Positions 18,862-28,959 of a DNA stretch of 64,000 nt are shown one piece after another. The stretch is from NCBI GenBank assembly GCA_963715335.1, contig CAVQRZ010000023.1, forward strand, positions 119,541 to 183,540, read 5' to 3'. The stretch's first letter is position 1; each line of letters starts with the position of its first letter. This stretch comes from an uncultured delta proteobacterium (GTDB lineage Bacteria > Desulfobacterota > Desulfuromonadia > Desulfuromonadales > BM103). A program made the translations under genes and the position numbers. The notes under the pieces were generated by a model. The model worked only from the letters and a program-made list of their open reading frames with translations, searched no databases and was not told the DNA's origin.

Positions 18862-19350
18862 TTAAGGATACACCCGCATCACCTGTTCGGCAACGCAGGC
18901 CGGCTTTTCCCTGCCCTCGATCTCAATGGTCAGTCTGTAAACAATCTGCGCTCCCTTACTGACCCCTGCTGCCGATTGTACTGCTGTTCTGGCACGAATC
19001 CTGTCTCCGCACAGTACCGGTGCCGGGAAACGCAGCTTGTTCAACCCGTAATTGACTCGCAGGCGCATGCCGGGATAATTGTTCGAGAAAAAATCCGGAT
19101 GATTGCTCTGGGTCAGGTACGGCAATAGCGACAGGGTCAGGAAGCCATGGGCAATGGTCGTGCTGTAAGGGGATTCTTTCGCAGCACGGTCGGGATCAAC
19201 ATGAATCCACTGCTCGTCGCCGGTCACCCTGGCAAATTCATCGATGCGCTGCTGGTCGATTTTCAACCAGGGTCCGACGTGAACTTCCAGGTCGACCAGC
19301 TTTTGGTATTTATCGATCAACTCATCTGTTAACGTCATGCGCAGTCCCAT
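18862..19350 (-). CDS. MaoC-family dehydratase
   Basis: FARVTGDEQWIHVDP, TIAHGFLTLSL, VNYGLNKLRFPAPV. Confidence 0.9.
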   Translation of the reverse strand: MGLRMTLTDELIDKYQKLVDLEVHVGPWLKIDQQRIDEFARVTGDEQWIHVDPDRAAKESPYSTTIAHGFLTLSLLPYLTQSNHPDFFSNNYPGMRLRVNYGLNKLRFPAPVLCGDRIRARTAVQSAAGVSKGAQIVYRLTIEIEGREKPACVAEQVMRVYP

Positions 19351-19606
19351 CCTCAAGCGTGTTTCACAGCAATCTTAAATAACGTTATTCGGCAAACCCT
19401 GCAAGCCAAATCAGCCGCCGTCAAGATAAAGATAATTTTCCCCGTTGCTGATAAACCTTGAGCAATTACGCTTATTTCTCGATAATAGGCAGAAATCGAC
19501 CATCTCCGCAAAGAACGCAATCGTGGGAAAGCAAGATCGCGATCATGGCAAGCTCGGCAGACGGTCTTTTCAGGTCGTCAGCTTTATTCACAGCATGAGG
19601 TCCATC

Positions 19607-21463
19607 ATGTCACAAAATGACAAAAGCAATCACCAGAGCCAGGCACATCCGATGAATCGAGCCACGGACAAAGTCGTGCCGAACAAGTATATGCTGACGA
19701 TCAAGGATGTCGCCAAGCTCCTGCATCAGCGTAGCAGGCTCAGCGACGAGCAATACCAGATGGTTCTCGAGCGCGGCGATGCCCAGGCGGCCAGGTTGAA
19801 CAGCCACCTGAAAACCGGCAAGGTAAAAAAAGATGTCTACCTCGCGGAACTCGCATCTCCGGCCCAGATCATTACCTCATTCAACCTGGAGATTCCGGCG
19901 ACCCAGAAGAAGTTGACTGAAGATGTCATAACCGAGCTGATCGCCCAGGCCGCGGGGATGGAATACATCAAGATCGACCCGCTCAAGCTGGAGCTCGATG
20001 TCGTCACCGACCAGATTCCCCGCGCCTTCGCCCTGAAGAATCTGGTCGTACCGATCGATGCAAAAGAAGGCGTTGCGACCATCGCAGTGGCTGATCCATA
20101 CAATATCAGGCCGATCGAAGACCTGCAGCATGCCCTGGGTATCCAGATCAGGCGCATCCTGGCCTCGCGCAGCGATGTCCTGAAAATTCTCGAGGAGTTT
20201 TTCGGCTTTCAGGCCTCGGTGAGGGCCGCCCAGTTGGATATGGGGCTACGCTCGGAGTTGTCAAACCTTGAACAGCTGTTCAAGATGCGCGGCCGCGATG
20301 AAATCGAGAGTAGCGACCAGCACATCATTTCCGCCGTTGAATTTCTGCTCAAATACGCCTTTGATCAACGGGCCAGCGATATCCATATTGAACCGAAGCG
20401 CGAAAAATCGATGATCCGTTTCCGCGTCGACGGGGTACTGCACAACATTCACACCGTGCCGATCAACCTGCACCCGGCCATGATATCGCGCCTGAAACTG
20501 CTTTCCCGGCTTGATGTCGCTGAGAAACGCCGCCCCCAGGACGGACGCATCAAGACGGAACATATGGGCAAGGACATCGAACTGCGCGTCTCAACCCTGC
20601 CGGTCGCTTTCGGCGAAAAGGTAGTCATCCGTATTTTCGACCCTGAGATTCTCATGCAGAAACTCGACCGGATCGGCTTTAACGAGCGCGAGTATAAACT
20701 CTACAGTTCATTCATCAGAATGCCGCACGGCATCATCCTGGTAACCGGCCCCACCGGCAGCGGCAAAACCACGACCCTCTATTCGTCCCTGAAAACCATC
20801 TCTTCGCCGGAAATCAACATTATCACCGTCGAGGATCCGATCGAGATGGTCATGGAAGACTTCAACCAGGTCGGAGTCCAGGCGGCGATCGACGTCACCT
20901 TTGCCACCGTCCTGCGCAACATCCTGCGCCAGGACCCCGATGTCCTGATGATCGGTGAAATCCGCGACCGGGAAACCGCCAGTAACGCTGTGCAAGCGGC
21001 CTTGACCGGCCACCTGGTTCTCTCGACTCTGCACACCAATGACTCCCCCTCTGCGATCGCCCGGCTCCTGGATATCGGCATCCCGGCCTTCCTGATCAGC
21101 TCCACGGTCAGCGGCATCATCGCCCAGCGCCTGCTCAGGACAATCTGCCAGGAATGCAAGTTCGAGAGGGTCCTCAGCGATGACGAAATGGTCTACCTTG
21201 GGCTGGCGAAAAAAATATACAAGGTCTGGCAAGGCAAGGGCTGCGACGCCTGCCGTGGCACCGGCTACAAGGGGCGGACCGGGATCTTTGAGGTTCTTGA
21301 GATAACCGAGCGACTCAAGGCCCAGATTACTGAGCAGACCGACATGACAAAAATTTATGAGATCGCCAGAGCGGACGGGATGGTCAGCCTGCGCGAGTTG
21401 GCCATTCAGAAGCTCCTTGACGGGCACACGACCTTCCAGGAGATCGTTTCCGTCACCGGCTGA
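19607..21463 (+). CDS. GspE/PilB-family secretion ATPase
   Basis: RASDIHIEP, AEKRRPQDGRI, GPTGSGKTT, LRQDPD, tetracysteine CQEC...CDAC. Confidence 0.92.
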   Translation: MSQNDKSNHQSQAHPMNRATDKVVPNKYMLTIKDVAKLLHQRSRLSDEQYQMVLERGDAQAARLNSHLKTGKVKKDVYLAELASPAQIITSFNLEIPATQKKLTEDVITELIAQAAGMEYIKIDPLKLELDVVTDQIPRAFALKNLVVPIDAKEGVATIAVADPYNIRPIEDLQHALGIQIRRILASRSDVLKILEEFFGFQASVRAAQLDMGLRSELSNLEQLFKMRGRDEIESSDQHIISAVEFLLKYAFDQRASDIHIEPKREKSMIRFRVDGVLHNIHTVPINLHPAMISRLKLLSRLDVAEKRRPQDGRIKTEHMGKDIELRVSTLPVAFGEKVVIRIFDPEILMQKLDRIGFNEREYKLYSSFIRMPHGIILVTGPTGSGKTTTLYSSLKTISSPEINIITVEDPIEMVMEDFNQVGVQAAIDVTFATVLRNILRQDPDVLMIGEIRDRETASNAVQAALTGHLVLSTLHTNDSPSAIARLLDIGIPAFLISSTVSGIIAQRLLRTICQECKFERVLSDDEMVYLGLAKKIYKVWQGKGCDACRGTGYKGRTGIFEVLEITERLKAQITEQTDMTKIYEIARADGMVSLRELAIQKLLDGHTTFQEIVSVTG

Positions 21464-21575
21464 TCGGCAGAGAATACTTTTTCACGTAAAAGTTAAGACA
21501 AAATTTCTATACCAGATTGACTTCCTGCTGAATCGTGATTCTGTTTAAAGACAGAGCCATTTCAGGGAGGCAATC

Positions 21576-22346
21576 ATGCGTCGATACAAGCCGTTACTCG
21601 CCATTACTATGCTCATCCTCGGCATTTTCCTGCTGCAAATCTCCATTGCGCCGCCAGCCGTTGCCCAGATGGACTGGCTGAAGACCGGCAAAGACCTGCT
21701 CGGCACAGTCGGTGCGACGCCAACGAACGAAGCTTCCGATCTGACCAGCGGTGAGATCGCCAGCGGCTTGAAAGATGCTCTGCGGGTCGGCACTGAAACG
21801 GTGGTCGCACAGCTCGGGCAGCAGGATGGCTTCAACGCCGATCCGGCGATTCACATCCCGCTGCCGGACAGCCTCAAACAGATCAAGTCGGCCCTCTCAG
21901 CGGTCGGCATGTCGTCGATGATGGACGATCTCGAACTCAAACTGAATCGCGCTGCCGAAGCGGCAACCCCGCCTGCAAAGAAGCTGTTCCTGGATGCGAT
22001 CACAGCCATGACCCTCGAAGATGTCAAAAGCATCTACAACGGCCCGGATGACGCTGCCACCCGCTATTTCCAGGACAAGATGTCTGCACCGCTTGCCGCA
22101 GAGATGCAGCCGATCGTCGAAAATGCCTTAAACCAGGTCGGTGCGGTGCAGAGCTACGATGCGGTTATGGGTGAGTATGCCAGCATCCCCTTCGTGCCCG
22201 ACGTCAAGGCGGATCTGAACAAGTATGTCGTCGACAAGGGGATGGAGGGGATTTTCCACTACGTCGCTGTAGAAGAAGCCGCGATCAGGAACGATCCGCT
22301 GAAACGGAGCACGGATATCCTGCAAAAGGTGTTCGGTGCCAAATGA
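21576..22346 (+). CDS. DUF4197 family exported protein
   Basis: Signal peptide; EIASGLKDALRVG, LNRAAEAA, EEAAIRNDP...ILQKVFG. Confidence 0.85.
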   Translation: MRRYKPLLAITMLILGIFLLQISIAPPAVAQMDWLKTGKDLLGTVGATPTNEASDLTSGEIASGLKDALRVGTETVVAQLGQQDGFNADPAIHIPLPDSLKQIKSALSAVGMSSMMDDLELKLNRAAEAATPPAKKLFLDAITAMTLEDVKSIYNGPDDAATRYFQDKMSAPLAAEMQPIVENALNQVGAVQSYDAVMGEYASIPFVPDVKADLNKYVVDKGMEGIFHYVAVEEAAIRNDPLKRSTDILQKVFGAK

Positions 22347-22423
22347 GACAAGAAAGGCAGCTCCAGAAGTAAGAGCCGCCTTAAGTCTGCTGACAAAGTT
22401 CATCCAAAATTCGTGATGGAGAG

Positions 22424-22453
22424 GGCAACAGATGGTTCATCTGTTGCCTTTTT
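22424..22453 (+). terminator. Intrinsic terminator after DUF4197
   Basis: GGCAACAGATG-GTT-CATCTGTTGCC-TTTTT. Confidence 0.75.
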
Positions 22454-22483
22454 CCATTGGACGTTGGAATTCAAAGACAAAAG

Positions 22484-22897
22484 CAAAACCCGGGGGTTGC
22501 GCCCCCCGACTGCGCCTTACTCTTTTGCTGGCCCAAAAGAGTAAGCAGAAAAAGGCCTGCGCTGCGCTGGGCATGTCTGGCGCGTCAGGGCGGCAACCTC
22601 AATTCAGACAGGGCTATCCGACCAAATGTCTACATTTCCCCCGCAGGTGACGAGGCTCTTGAGAGCCTCTCCTTTCGTGGAGATTTGCGTCGATAGGGGT
22701 TGTTTTGGCTTTTCCCTTGTAAATCACACGGAAAGGTCAGGTCCTTTGACACAGGGCCGGATCCCCATCACAGCAGGTTTTTGAAGTCACAGAAATCCGG
22801 CAGAGGAGATGCCCTCCGCAAGGAGAAAGGCACTTTTGCATACTTTTGTTGCCGGACAAAAGTATGGCGTCCGGCGGGACGCGACCCGCCGGTTTTG
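22484..22897 (+). repeat. ~415-bp dispersed structured repeat (MITE/REP-like), copy 1
   Basis: Reverse complement aligns end-to-end with 45216..45634; CAAAACC...GGTTTTG termini, each end with two hairpins. Confidence 0.9.
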
Positions 22898-22958
22898 TCT
22901 TTCCGAAAAAGCAAAAGGACACAGATGAAACGGCCTTTTATCATGTTTCTATGTACTT

Positions 22959-23582
22959 TTAGCCCCACAGTATCCTGCCTCCGACGAGAATCAACAGACA
23001 CCCCAGAATTCCCTGGATCACCGGACGGTAGCTCAGGAACAGTGGTTGGAACGTCCGACTCGACACCAGGCAGGCAACGCTCGTGTACCAGACCAGCGAA
23101 ATCAGGAACATCGAGATATTCAGGAATACTTTGCCCCACAATGGAAAATCCGGACCCATCACCAGGGTGAAGAGACTCAGGTAAAAGGCCCAGGCCTTCG
23201 GGTTGGTCAGGTTGGTCAACATGCCGGTCCGGTAAGGCACCATGGCTGACGACCCGATCGGCTTGTCCGTTGCTTTCGGAACAAGCTCACTGCGGCGGGT
23301 TCGCAACATGCCCAGGCCAATCCAGGCCAGGTAGCCGCCGCCGACAAACCGCATGATCTCGGCAAAGTGCGGTAGCGAGTGGACTAACGGCAACAAGCCG
23401 ACCAGACCGGCGAAAGCAAAGATCCCGCTGCCGGTGGCCACCCCCATCGATGTCAGAACACCTTCACTCCGGGAACGGTTCAAAGCAGTGTTGGTCACGA
23501 GGATAAAGTTTGGTCCTGGTGAAATGATAGCAAGGGCGAAAACCCCCAGAAAAGTAAATATGGCCGGCCAGATTGATTCCAT
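22959..23582 (-). CDS. LysE/RhtB family amino-acid exporter
   Basis: ISPGPNFILV, GGGYLAWIG, TNLTNPKAWAFY. Confidence 0.92.
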   Translation of the reverse strand: MESIWPAIFTFLGVFALAIISPGPNFILVTNTALNRSRSEGVLTSMGVATGSGIFAFAGLVGLLPLVHSLPHFAEIMRFVGGGYLAWIGLGMLRTRRSELVPKATDKPIGSSAMVPYRTGMLTNLTNPKAWAFYLSLFTLVMGPDFPLWGKVFLNISMFLISLVWYTSVACLVSSRTFQPLFLSYRPVIQGILGCLLILVGGRILWG

Positions 23583-23664
23583 GGCGACAGTTTAGCGATA
23601 GTTGTGCAGGAAACAAGAGAAATTGCATCACAAATGTTTTATGTGGCCGCTATCACAAATAACA

Positions 23665-23699
23665 CAAAAGCTCCGACCGGGAATCAGTCGGAGCTTTTG
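23665..23699 (-). terminator. Terminator after ssrA
   Basis: CAAAAGCTCCGAC...GTCGGAGCTTTTG perfect inverted repeat. Confidence 0.8.
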
Positions 23700-23706
23700 C
23701 ACAGGA

Positions 23707-24058
23707 TGGTGGAGGTGGCGGGAATCGAACCCGCGTCCGAAAATCTTTCACGTCAGGCGTCTACATGCGTAGTTCGTGTTTTGCTTAACCCGTAAGAGCT
23801 CCCACGAACAGGATATTCTTGCGGGGGAGTCCGCTTAAGTTTCGCCTTCACGCCACGGACACTCGCGAAGACTATCCCACTAAATTAGCGTCTCAAAACC
23901 CACATGGGCGATGAATCAGGAGACGAGGCAGCAATTAAGCTGCCAGTGCGTAACGAACGTCAGTGTCGGCGTTTGTTAGTGTTGGGCTTTGTTACGGAGC
24001 CAGCCCACTCCGGCATGCAACCAGCGCTTCCAATCCCCGTCGAAACCTTGGCACCCCC
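23707..24058 (-). ncRNA. ssrA: tmRNA
   Basis: 5' GGGGGTG pairs with 3' CACCTCC-ACCA with G3.U alanine determinant; T-arm GGTTCGATTCC; tag ORF 23935..23970 ADTDVRYALAA*; next to smpB. Confidence 0.97.
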
Positions 24059-24072
24059 TTTAAGTTCGGAAC

Positions 24073-24131
24073 CGAGAGGCGCGAGGCGAGTGGCGCGAAA
24101 AGGATTATTCGCACTTCGCACTTCGCACTTC
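24073..24131. repeat. Heptamer-repeat inverted repeat between smpB and ssrA
   Basis: gaggcgc gaggcga gtggcgc gaa ... tcgcact tcgcact tcgcact tc. Confidence 0.8.
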
Positions 24132-24174
24132 AATAGTCTCATATTTATTGCTATAAATCAATCGGTTAAAAGAA

Positions 24175-24630
24175 CTATCTCGAGTGATCTCTCACCGCAC
24201 GGCTGGCCTCTCGATCAGCCTGCTTGCGCTTGAGAGTCTCGCGCTTGTCGTAAAGCTTCTTACCGCGACAGACGCCGATTTCAAGCTTGGCGCGACTGTC
24301 TTTGAAGTAGATCTTGGTCGGCACCAGGGTCAGCCCTTTTTCATCGACTTTTTTGCTCAGTTTGTCGATCTCGATGCGGTTCAGCAGCAGCTTGCGTGAA
24401 CGCAGCGGATCGTGGTTCTCGCGGTTGCCCTGCTCATACGGGCTGATGTTCATGTTGTCGACGAACACCTCGCCATTGCGAATCCGGCAGTAAGATTCCT
24501 TGATGCTGACCTGCCCCATGCGAATCGACTTGACCTCGGTCCCCTGCAGAGCAAGGCCCGCCTCGAATACTTCGTCAACGAAGTACTCGTGGTAAGCCTT
24601 CTTGTTGTTGGCGATAATTTTTATACCCAT
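24175..24630 (-). CDS. smpB: SsrA-binding protein SmpB
   Basis: [28 protein letters not shown]. Confidence 0.97.
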   Translation of the reverse strand: MGIKIIANNKKAYHEYFVDEVFEAGLALQGTEVKSIRMGQVSIKESYCRIRNGEVFVDNMNISPYEQGNRENHDPLRSRKLLLNRIEIDKLSKKVDEKGLTLVPTKIYFKDSRAKLEIGVCRGKKLYDKRETLKRKQADREASRAVRDHSR

Positions 24631-24641
24631 AATTAACCGAA

Positions 24642-24768
24642 TCGCGAGGTGCGAAGTGCGAACCGCGAGAAATCTTTCTCTAGACCAGCATGTTTCAGGA
24701 TGTCTTAATCGTAAAAGCCGAATAACAAGTTTTTAATAATTATCCTGCCTCGCGCCTCGCACTTCGCG
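24642..24768. repeat. Heptamer-repeat inverted repeat with ~75-bp AT-rich loop
   Basis: cgcgaggtgcgaagtgcgaaccgcga ... cctcgcgcctcgcacttcgcg. Confidence 0.75.
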
Positions 24769-25218
24769 CTACGGGACTTCATCCCTAAGGATAGCAACGA
24801 TTTTAGGCATATATGCCTCTTTCGACAAGGCGCTGCTGCCAACCCGGAGGATGACGAAACTGCCGATCATGAAGAAAACCCCGAATATCGCCGAGAGCAG
24901 GTTCGGTTCGAGGCCGACGTCCAGCTTCTCCCCCACGGCCTTGCCGACCAGAGCACCGAGCACCAGGGCGATCAGCGGGACGATGTAGAGCAGAAACGAT
25001 GACTGCAGAAAAGACCGGGTCGTGGTAGCGATCCGTACATGGTCACCCACCTCCGCCCCAAGATCGTTCCTGACCTCGATCAGGCGGGTGTGATTATCAT
25101 CACCGATCATGCAGCTGCCACTGGTCGCACAGTGCTCACAGAGACTGCTCTTGCGGCACATGACCACAGCGGTGGCCTTGCCCTTCAATTCAACGACTGT
25201 TCCATTTTCTTCTATCAT
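24769..25218 (-). CDS. RseC/MucC family membrane protein
   Basis: MIEENGTVV, RKSSLCEHC...C, GAEVGDHV, LLYIVPL plus two TM helices. Confidence 0.85.
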   Translation of the reverse strand: MIEENGTVVELKGKATAVVMCRKSSLCEHCATSGSCMIGDDNHTRLIEVRNDLGAEVGDHVRIATTTRSFLQSSFLLYIVPLIALVLGALVGKAVGEKLDVGLEPNLLSAIFGVFFMIGSFVILRVGSSALSKEAYMPKIVAILRDEVP

Positions 25219-25278
25219 GTCATATATTTACACTAGTAAAAACAAAACTGTCTTAACGATGCCGAGCCTCGCACAACT

Positions 25279-25956
25279 TCAGTCTACCACATCGGCCTTT
25301 TTTACAAGAGGAGGGACCTTCTTTTCAGGCGGAGTCACCATGCCGCCGCTGATGATCAGCTTGAAAGCCTCTTCCACCGTCATTTTCAGCACGATCAGGT
25401 CTTCTTCCGGGACCAGGATGTAAAAGCCCGACGTCGGATTCGGCGTCGTCGGTACAAACACGTTGACCAGGTTTTCAGCGGTCACCCGTTGCACTTCACC
25501 CGTGGACTTCCCTGTGACGAAAGCGACCGCCCAGATCTCCTTGCGCGGGTATTCGATCAGGACCACTTTGCGGAAAGCCCCATGGTCGCGTTTCAAAACT
25601 GTATCGGAAACCTGTTTGAACAGCGTGTACACCCCCTTGACGAGCGGGATCCGGTCAACCAGATTTTCCGAAAAAGTCACCAGGGAACGACCGAAGATAT
25701 TCGCTGCCAGAACACCGACCAGCAAAATCAGCAGAAACGTAGCCACCAGGCTGATGCCTGGCACCGGGATCCCGTACAGCACCTCAGGCCGCAGGATTTC
25801 AGGCAGAACTGAGATGAGCAGGCTGTTGATGAAGCGGAACAGCCAGCGGATCACCAGGACGGTCATGCTGATCGGCACGACCACCAGCAGGCCGGTCAGA
25901 AAATATTTCTTCAGCTTGTGACGAAACAGCCGGTTGAACGCAGAAAGTCGAGCCAT
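25279..25956 (-). CDS. DUF502 family membrane protein
   Basis: YFLTGLLVVVPI, VVLIEYPR, VFVPTTPNPTSGF, AFKLIISGG. Confidence 0.9.
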   Translation of the reverse strand: MARLSAFNRLFRHKLKKYFLTGLLVVVPISMTVLVIRWLFRFINSLLISVLPEILRPEVLYGIPVPGISLVATFLLILLVGVLAANIFGRSLVTFSENLVDRIPLVKGVYTLFKQVSDTVLKRDHGAFRKVVLIEYPRKEIWAVAFVTGKSTGEVQRVTAENLVNVFVPTTPNPTSGFYILVPEEDLIVLKMTVEEAFKLIISGGMVTPPEKKVPPLVKKADVVD

Positions 25957-26003
25957 AAAACCTCATCGGACAGGGGTTGCCAGCGGTGTATTATAGAGGC
26001 AGC

Positions 26004-27276
26004 TTAAGATTCCGGCAAGACGTTCCGCGCACCAAGGTAAAGATGGTTGACCACAGCGTTCTCACCAGCAGCACAGAGAGCCTCTTCGAGTTCGGCCATG
26101 GAGGGCAAACCGGGCAGGCTGACGATCTGAAAAGAGGCGTCGCAGCCAACCGCAAGCTGCCCTGTCCTCCCCTGCAGTCCCAGCGCACGGGAGCCTCCCA
26201 GGGTTGCAATTTCCAGCCATTTGCGCGGGGCAACATCACCGTCAAACCAACTTCGCGCAAAAGCCAGTTCATCCCAGATCGACAGGCTCGTTGTACTGGC
26301 CAGGCTGTCGGTACCCAGAGAGAGGGGCAGACCAGCCTTCAGGTAGGCTGCGACAGGCGCCTTGCCGATATTCAAGGCGGCATTGGAGCGCGGGCAGAGA
26401 GCAAGGCTGCAGGCTTGGCTTTTGAGCAGGGCGATATCTGCTTCATTTACCTGTACGCCATGCACCACGAGATCATTCTTGCGCAACCGCCCTGCCCGGC
26501 ATAGAGCCTGGACCGGGCTGCAACCGGCAGGAGGCTCGGTCGCGGGGTCCCAGCGCGCAGCGGCATAGAGTTTTTCTGCAATGGCCCCCTTCCCCTCCTG
26601 CATAAAAAGGGTTTCGTCTGCAGATTCAGCGAGGTGGATGCTGCTTTGCAGCGCCTGCTCCGAGGCAAAGGCAAAGACCTGGTCCATGGCAGAGGCAGAC
26701 AACGTATAAGGGGCATGAGGAGAGAGGCCCCAGTTCAACGCCGGTCCGGGTCGTCTGCAGAGCATTGACCTGATTATGGCCAATCGGTCGGACACGACGC
26801 CTGAATCGTGCCCAAGGACCTCCGCAAACACCTGCCCATACAATGGTGATTCCCGATAAGCATCGACTACCGGCAAAGTTGTGAAGATGTCGCCAACGGC
26901 GCCGGTCCCTGACCTCAAGGACTCTTCCAGGCCGCTGGCAAGAGACTCTCTGACCTGCTTGACGTCAACAGTGCGGCGCACCCTTACCAGCCGGAGGATC
27001 CAGTCGACAAAGTCTTCGGGTGCTTCAGCCTCATCTGCGGCAGCGGCCCAATCAGGGAAAGAGCTGAGCTCAAGGTGGGTGTGTGCGTTGACCATCGGCG
27101 GCATCAGAACCACATCACCGAAATCAGTCTGCTTCGCCCCGGCAGAAGTCCCTGTGCAGCTCGGAGCGCGAGCCGACAGCAAGAATCCGTCCGTCAGCAA
27201 CGAGCAAAGCCCCGTCTTCAATCGGCGGGGCCGCTATCGGCAGGAGATACCTGGCCGTGTAGAGAGAAAGTGCCAT
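26004..27276 (-). CDS. Amidohydrolase (MTA/SAH- or aminodeoxyfutalosine-deaminase-like); frameshift near 27157
   Basis: VNAHTHLE, SPHAPY, IHLAES, CPRSN, LGTDS; N-terminus MALSLYTARYLLPIAAPPIEDGALLV in another frame from ATG 27276. Confidence 0.8.
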
Positions 27277-27287
27277 AGCAGAATCGA

Positions 27288-28955
27288 TCAGGCACACGCC
27301 GTGGATGGCTGCTCACTGATGCCGGCGCACAGCGACTCGACGTGCTGCAGGAGTTCCTGAATATCCTGCTGCAGAACGATGGTGCATTGTTCGTCGAGCA
27401 CCGACCTGAGAAGATCATCCGTGGTCAGCGGGTTGGCCAGGACAACACGCAGCACAGTGACCTGTTGCCCTGAACTGAAAGTCTGCAGCCGGGTTCTCGA
27501 TACGAAGGTTTTACCGGCTTCACGTTGGTCCTTCTGCAGCAGTTGGTTGACCTGGTCCAGATGCTGGTTGATCTGATCACGCTGTTCGTCCGTCGCCTTG
27601 CTCAGGGCATCCTGCACGGCCGCCGGGCAATACCGATAAGTCAGGATGTTCAGTTCCGGGGGGCTGGTCAACTCGAAATGGGGGTGCTGGCGAATCATTT
27701 CAGCAAAGACTCTCGCCCTTTCGATCCCCATATCGATCAGCAGTTCATAGCCCTTGCGGCCGATGATCGACAAGCCGGCATGGACCAGCAGCGCCTTGCC
27801 GGGGCGGGACCCTTCCAGCGTGTGGCTGCCGAGGTCCTTGGAGCCGTGGCGCAAGATGTAATTGGCATGATGCTCAATAGCGGAAAGAGCCGTGGGGTCC
27901 CTGAAAACAACCATCCCCGCCCCCATCGGCACATACAGCTGTTTGTGGGCGTCGATCGTTACCGAGTCTGCACCTTCGATACCACCCAGGAGGTGACGAT
28001 GGCGTTCCGAGAACAGGGTCGGCCCGCCCCACGCCGCATCGACGTGGAAGTGGCAACCGGCCTCTGCGGCCAGCGCCGCCATCTCTGCGAGCGGATCGAC
28101 ATTGCCGGTCTCGGTGGTACCGGCGATCCCGACCAGGGCCAACGGGCGGATATTTTCCTGGTGCAGGCGTTGTAACTCGGCTCTGAGGCTAGCCATATCG
28201 ATCCGGTTATCCGCATCGGTGTCGACCAGGACCAGGTTGTCACGTCCCAGGCCGAGAAGGTCGACCGCCTTGCCGAGGGAATAGTGGCCACGGCGGGAGA
28301 CCAGCACCGCCAGGCCTTCGCAGCCGAGGTGTTTCAGGGCACGCGACAAGCCTTCCTGGGCGATGCCCCGGAAAGAGCCGGATGGGGCACAGAGACGATT
28401 CCGGGCAACCCAGAGCGCAGTGACGTTGGCAATGGTCCCGCCGGAACAGAGAGCGCCGAGCGCATACCGGCTGTCATGAATCCAGCGGTCATAGAAGTTA
28501 TCGGCGCCGCAATAGACCAGGCGATGGAGCATGGCGAGCACCTGACGTTCCAGGGGGGTAAAGGCCTTGGAGGTTTCGACCTTGACCAGGTTCTGGTTCA
28601 ACGCTGTCATGATTCTCGAAAGCGGCAGCATGAAGTACGGCAGGGCCGACGTCATGTGACCGATAAAACCGGGGGCTGCGGTGTGCACCGACTGGGCGAC
28701 CAGGCGCTTTTTGACGAATTCGGTATACTCGGAAACGTAGGTCGGCTCTTCCGGGATCGTCGAGTCCGAGAAATCCGCCTCGATCTCTTCAATGCTGCGC
28801 TCAATAGCGACGATATGAGTTTGCAGGAATCCGGCCAGATCCACGGAAATGGCCTGATCAATCTCGCCGAGAGTTGATTCAGGCGCTTCGGGGACCGTAA
28901 AGATCCGGTAGAGGCTTTCCAGTGTGGCGCGTGCTGTTTCGCGAGTCTTGTGCAT
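27288..28955 (-). CDS. panP: PLP-dependent aspartate 1-decarboxylase (group II decarboxylase, PanP-type)
   Basis: LYRIFTVPEAPESTL, FIGHMTSALPYF, NQNLVKVETSKAFT, FHVDAAWGG, DAHKQLY; directly after panC. Confidence 0.88.
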   Translation of the reverse strand: MHKTRETARATLESLYRIFTVPEAPESTLGEIDQAISVDLAGFLQTHIVAIERSIEEIEADFSDSTIPEEPTYVSEYTEFVKKRLVAQSVHTAAPGFIGHMTSALPYFMLPLSRIMTALNQNLVKVETSKAFTPLERQVLAMLHRLVYCGADNFYDRWIHDSRYALGALCSGGTIANVTALWVARNRLCAPSGSFRGIAQEGLSRALKHLGCEGLAVLVSRRGHYSLGKAVDLLGLGRDNLVLVDTDADNRIDMASLRAELQRLHQENIRPLALVGIAGTTETGNVDPLAEMAALAAEAGCHFHVDAAWGGPTLFSERHRHLLGGIEGADSVTIDAHKQLYVPMGAGMVVFRDPTALSAIEHHANYILRHGSKDLGSHTLEGSRPGKALLVHAGLSIIGRKGYELLIDMGIERARVFAEMIRQHPHFELTSPPELNILTYRYCPAAVQDALSKATDEQRDQINQHLDQVNQLLQKDQREAGKTFVSRTRLQTFSSGQQVTVLRVVLANPLTTDDLLRSVLDEQCTIVLQQDIQELLQHVESLCAGISEQPSTACA

Positions 28956-28959
28956 GACG

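Noticed and set aside
22432..23170. ORFs across the 415-bp repeat (also 44940..45531)
   Set aside because: Frames differ between the two copies and show no protein motifs; conservation is at the hairpin level.
22400..23707. Genomic island integrated at the ssrA 3' end
   Set aside because: No integrase and no duplicated tmRNA 3' end found downstream.
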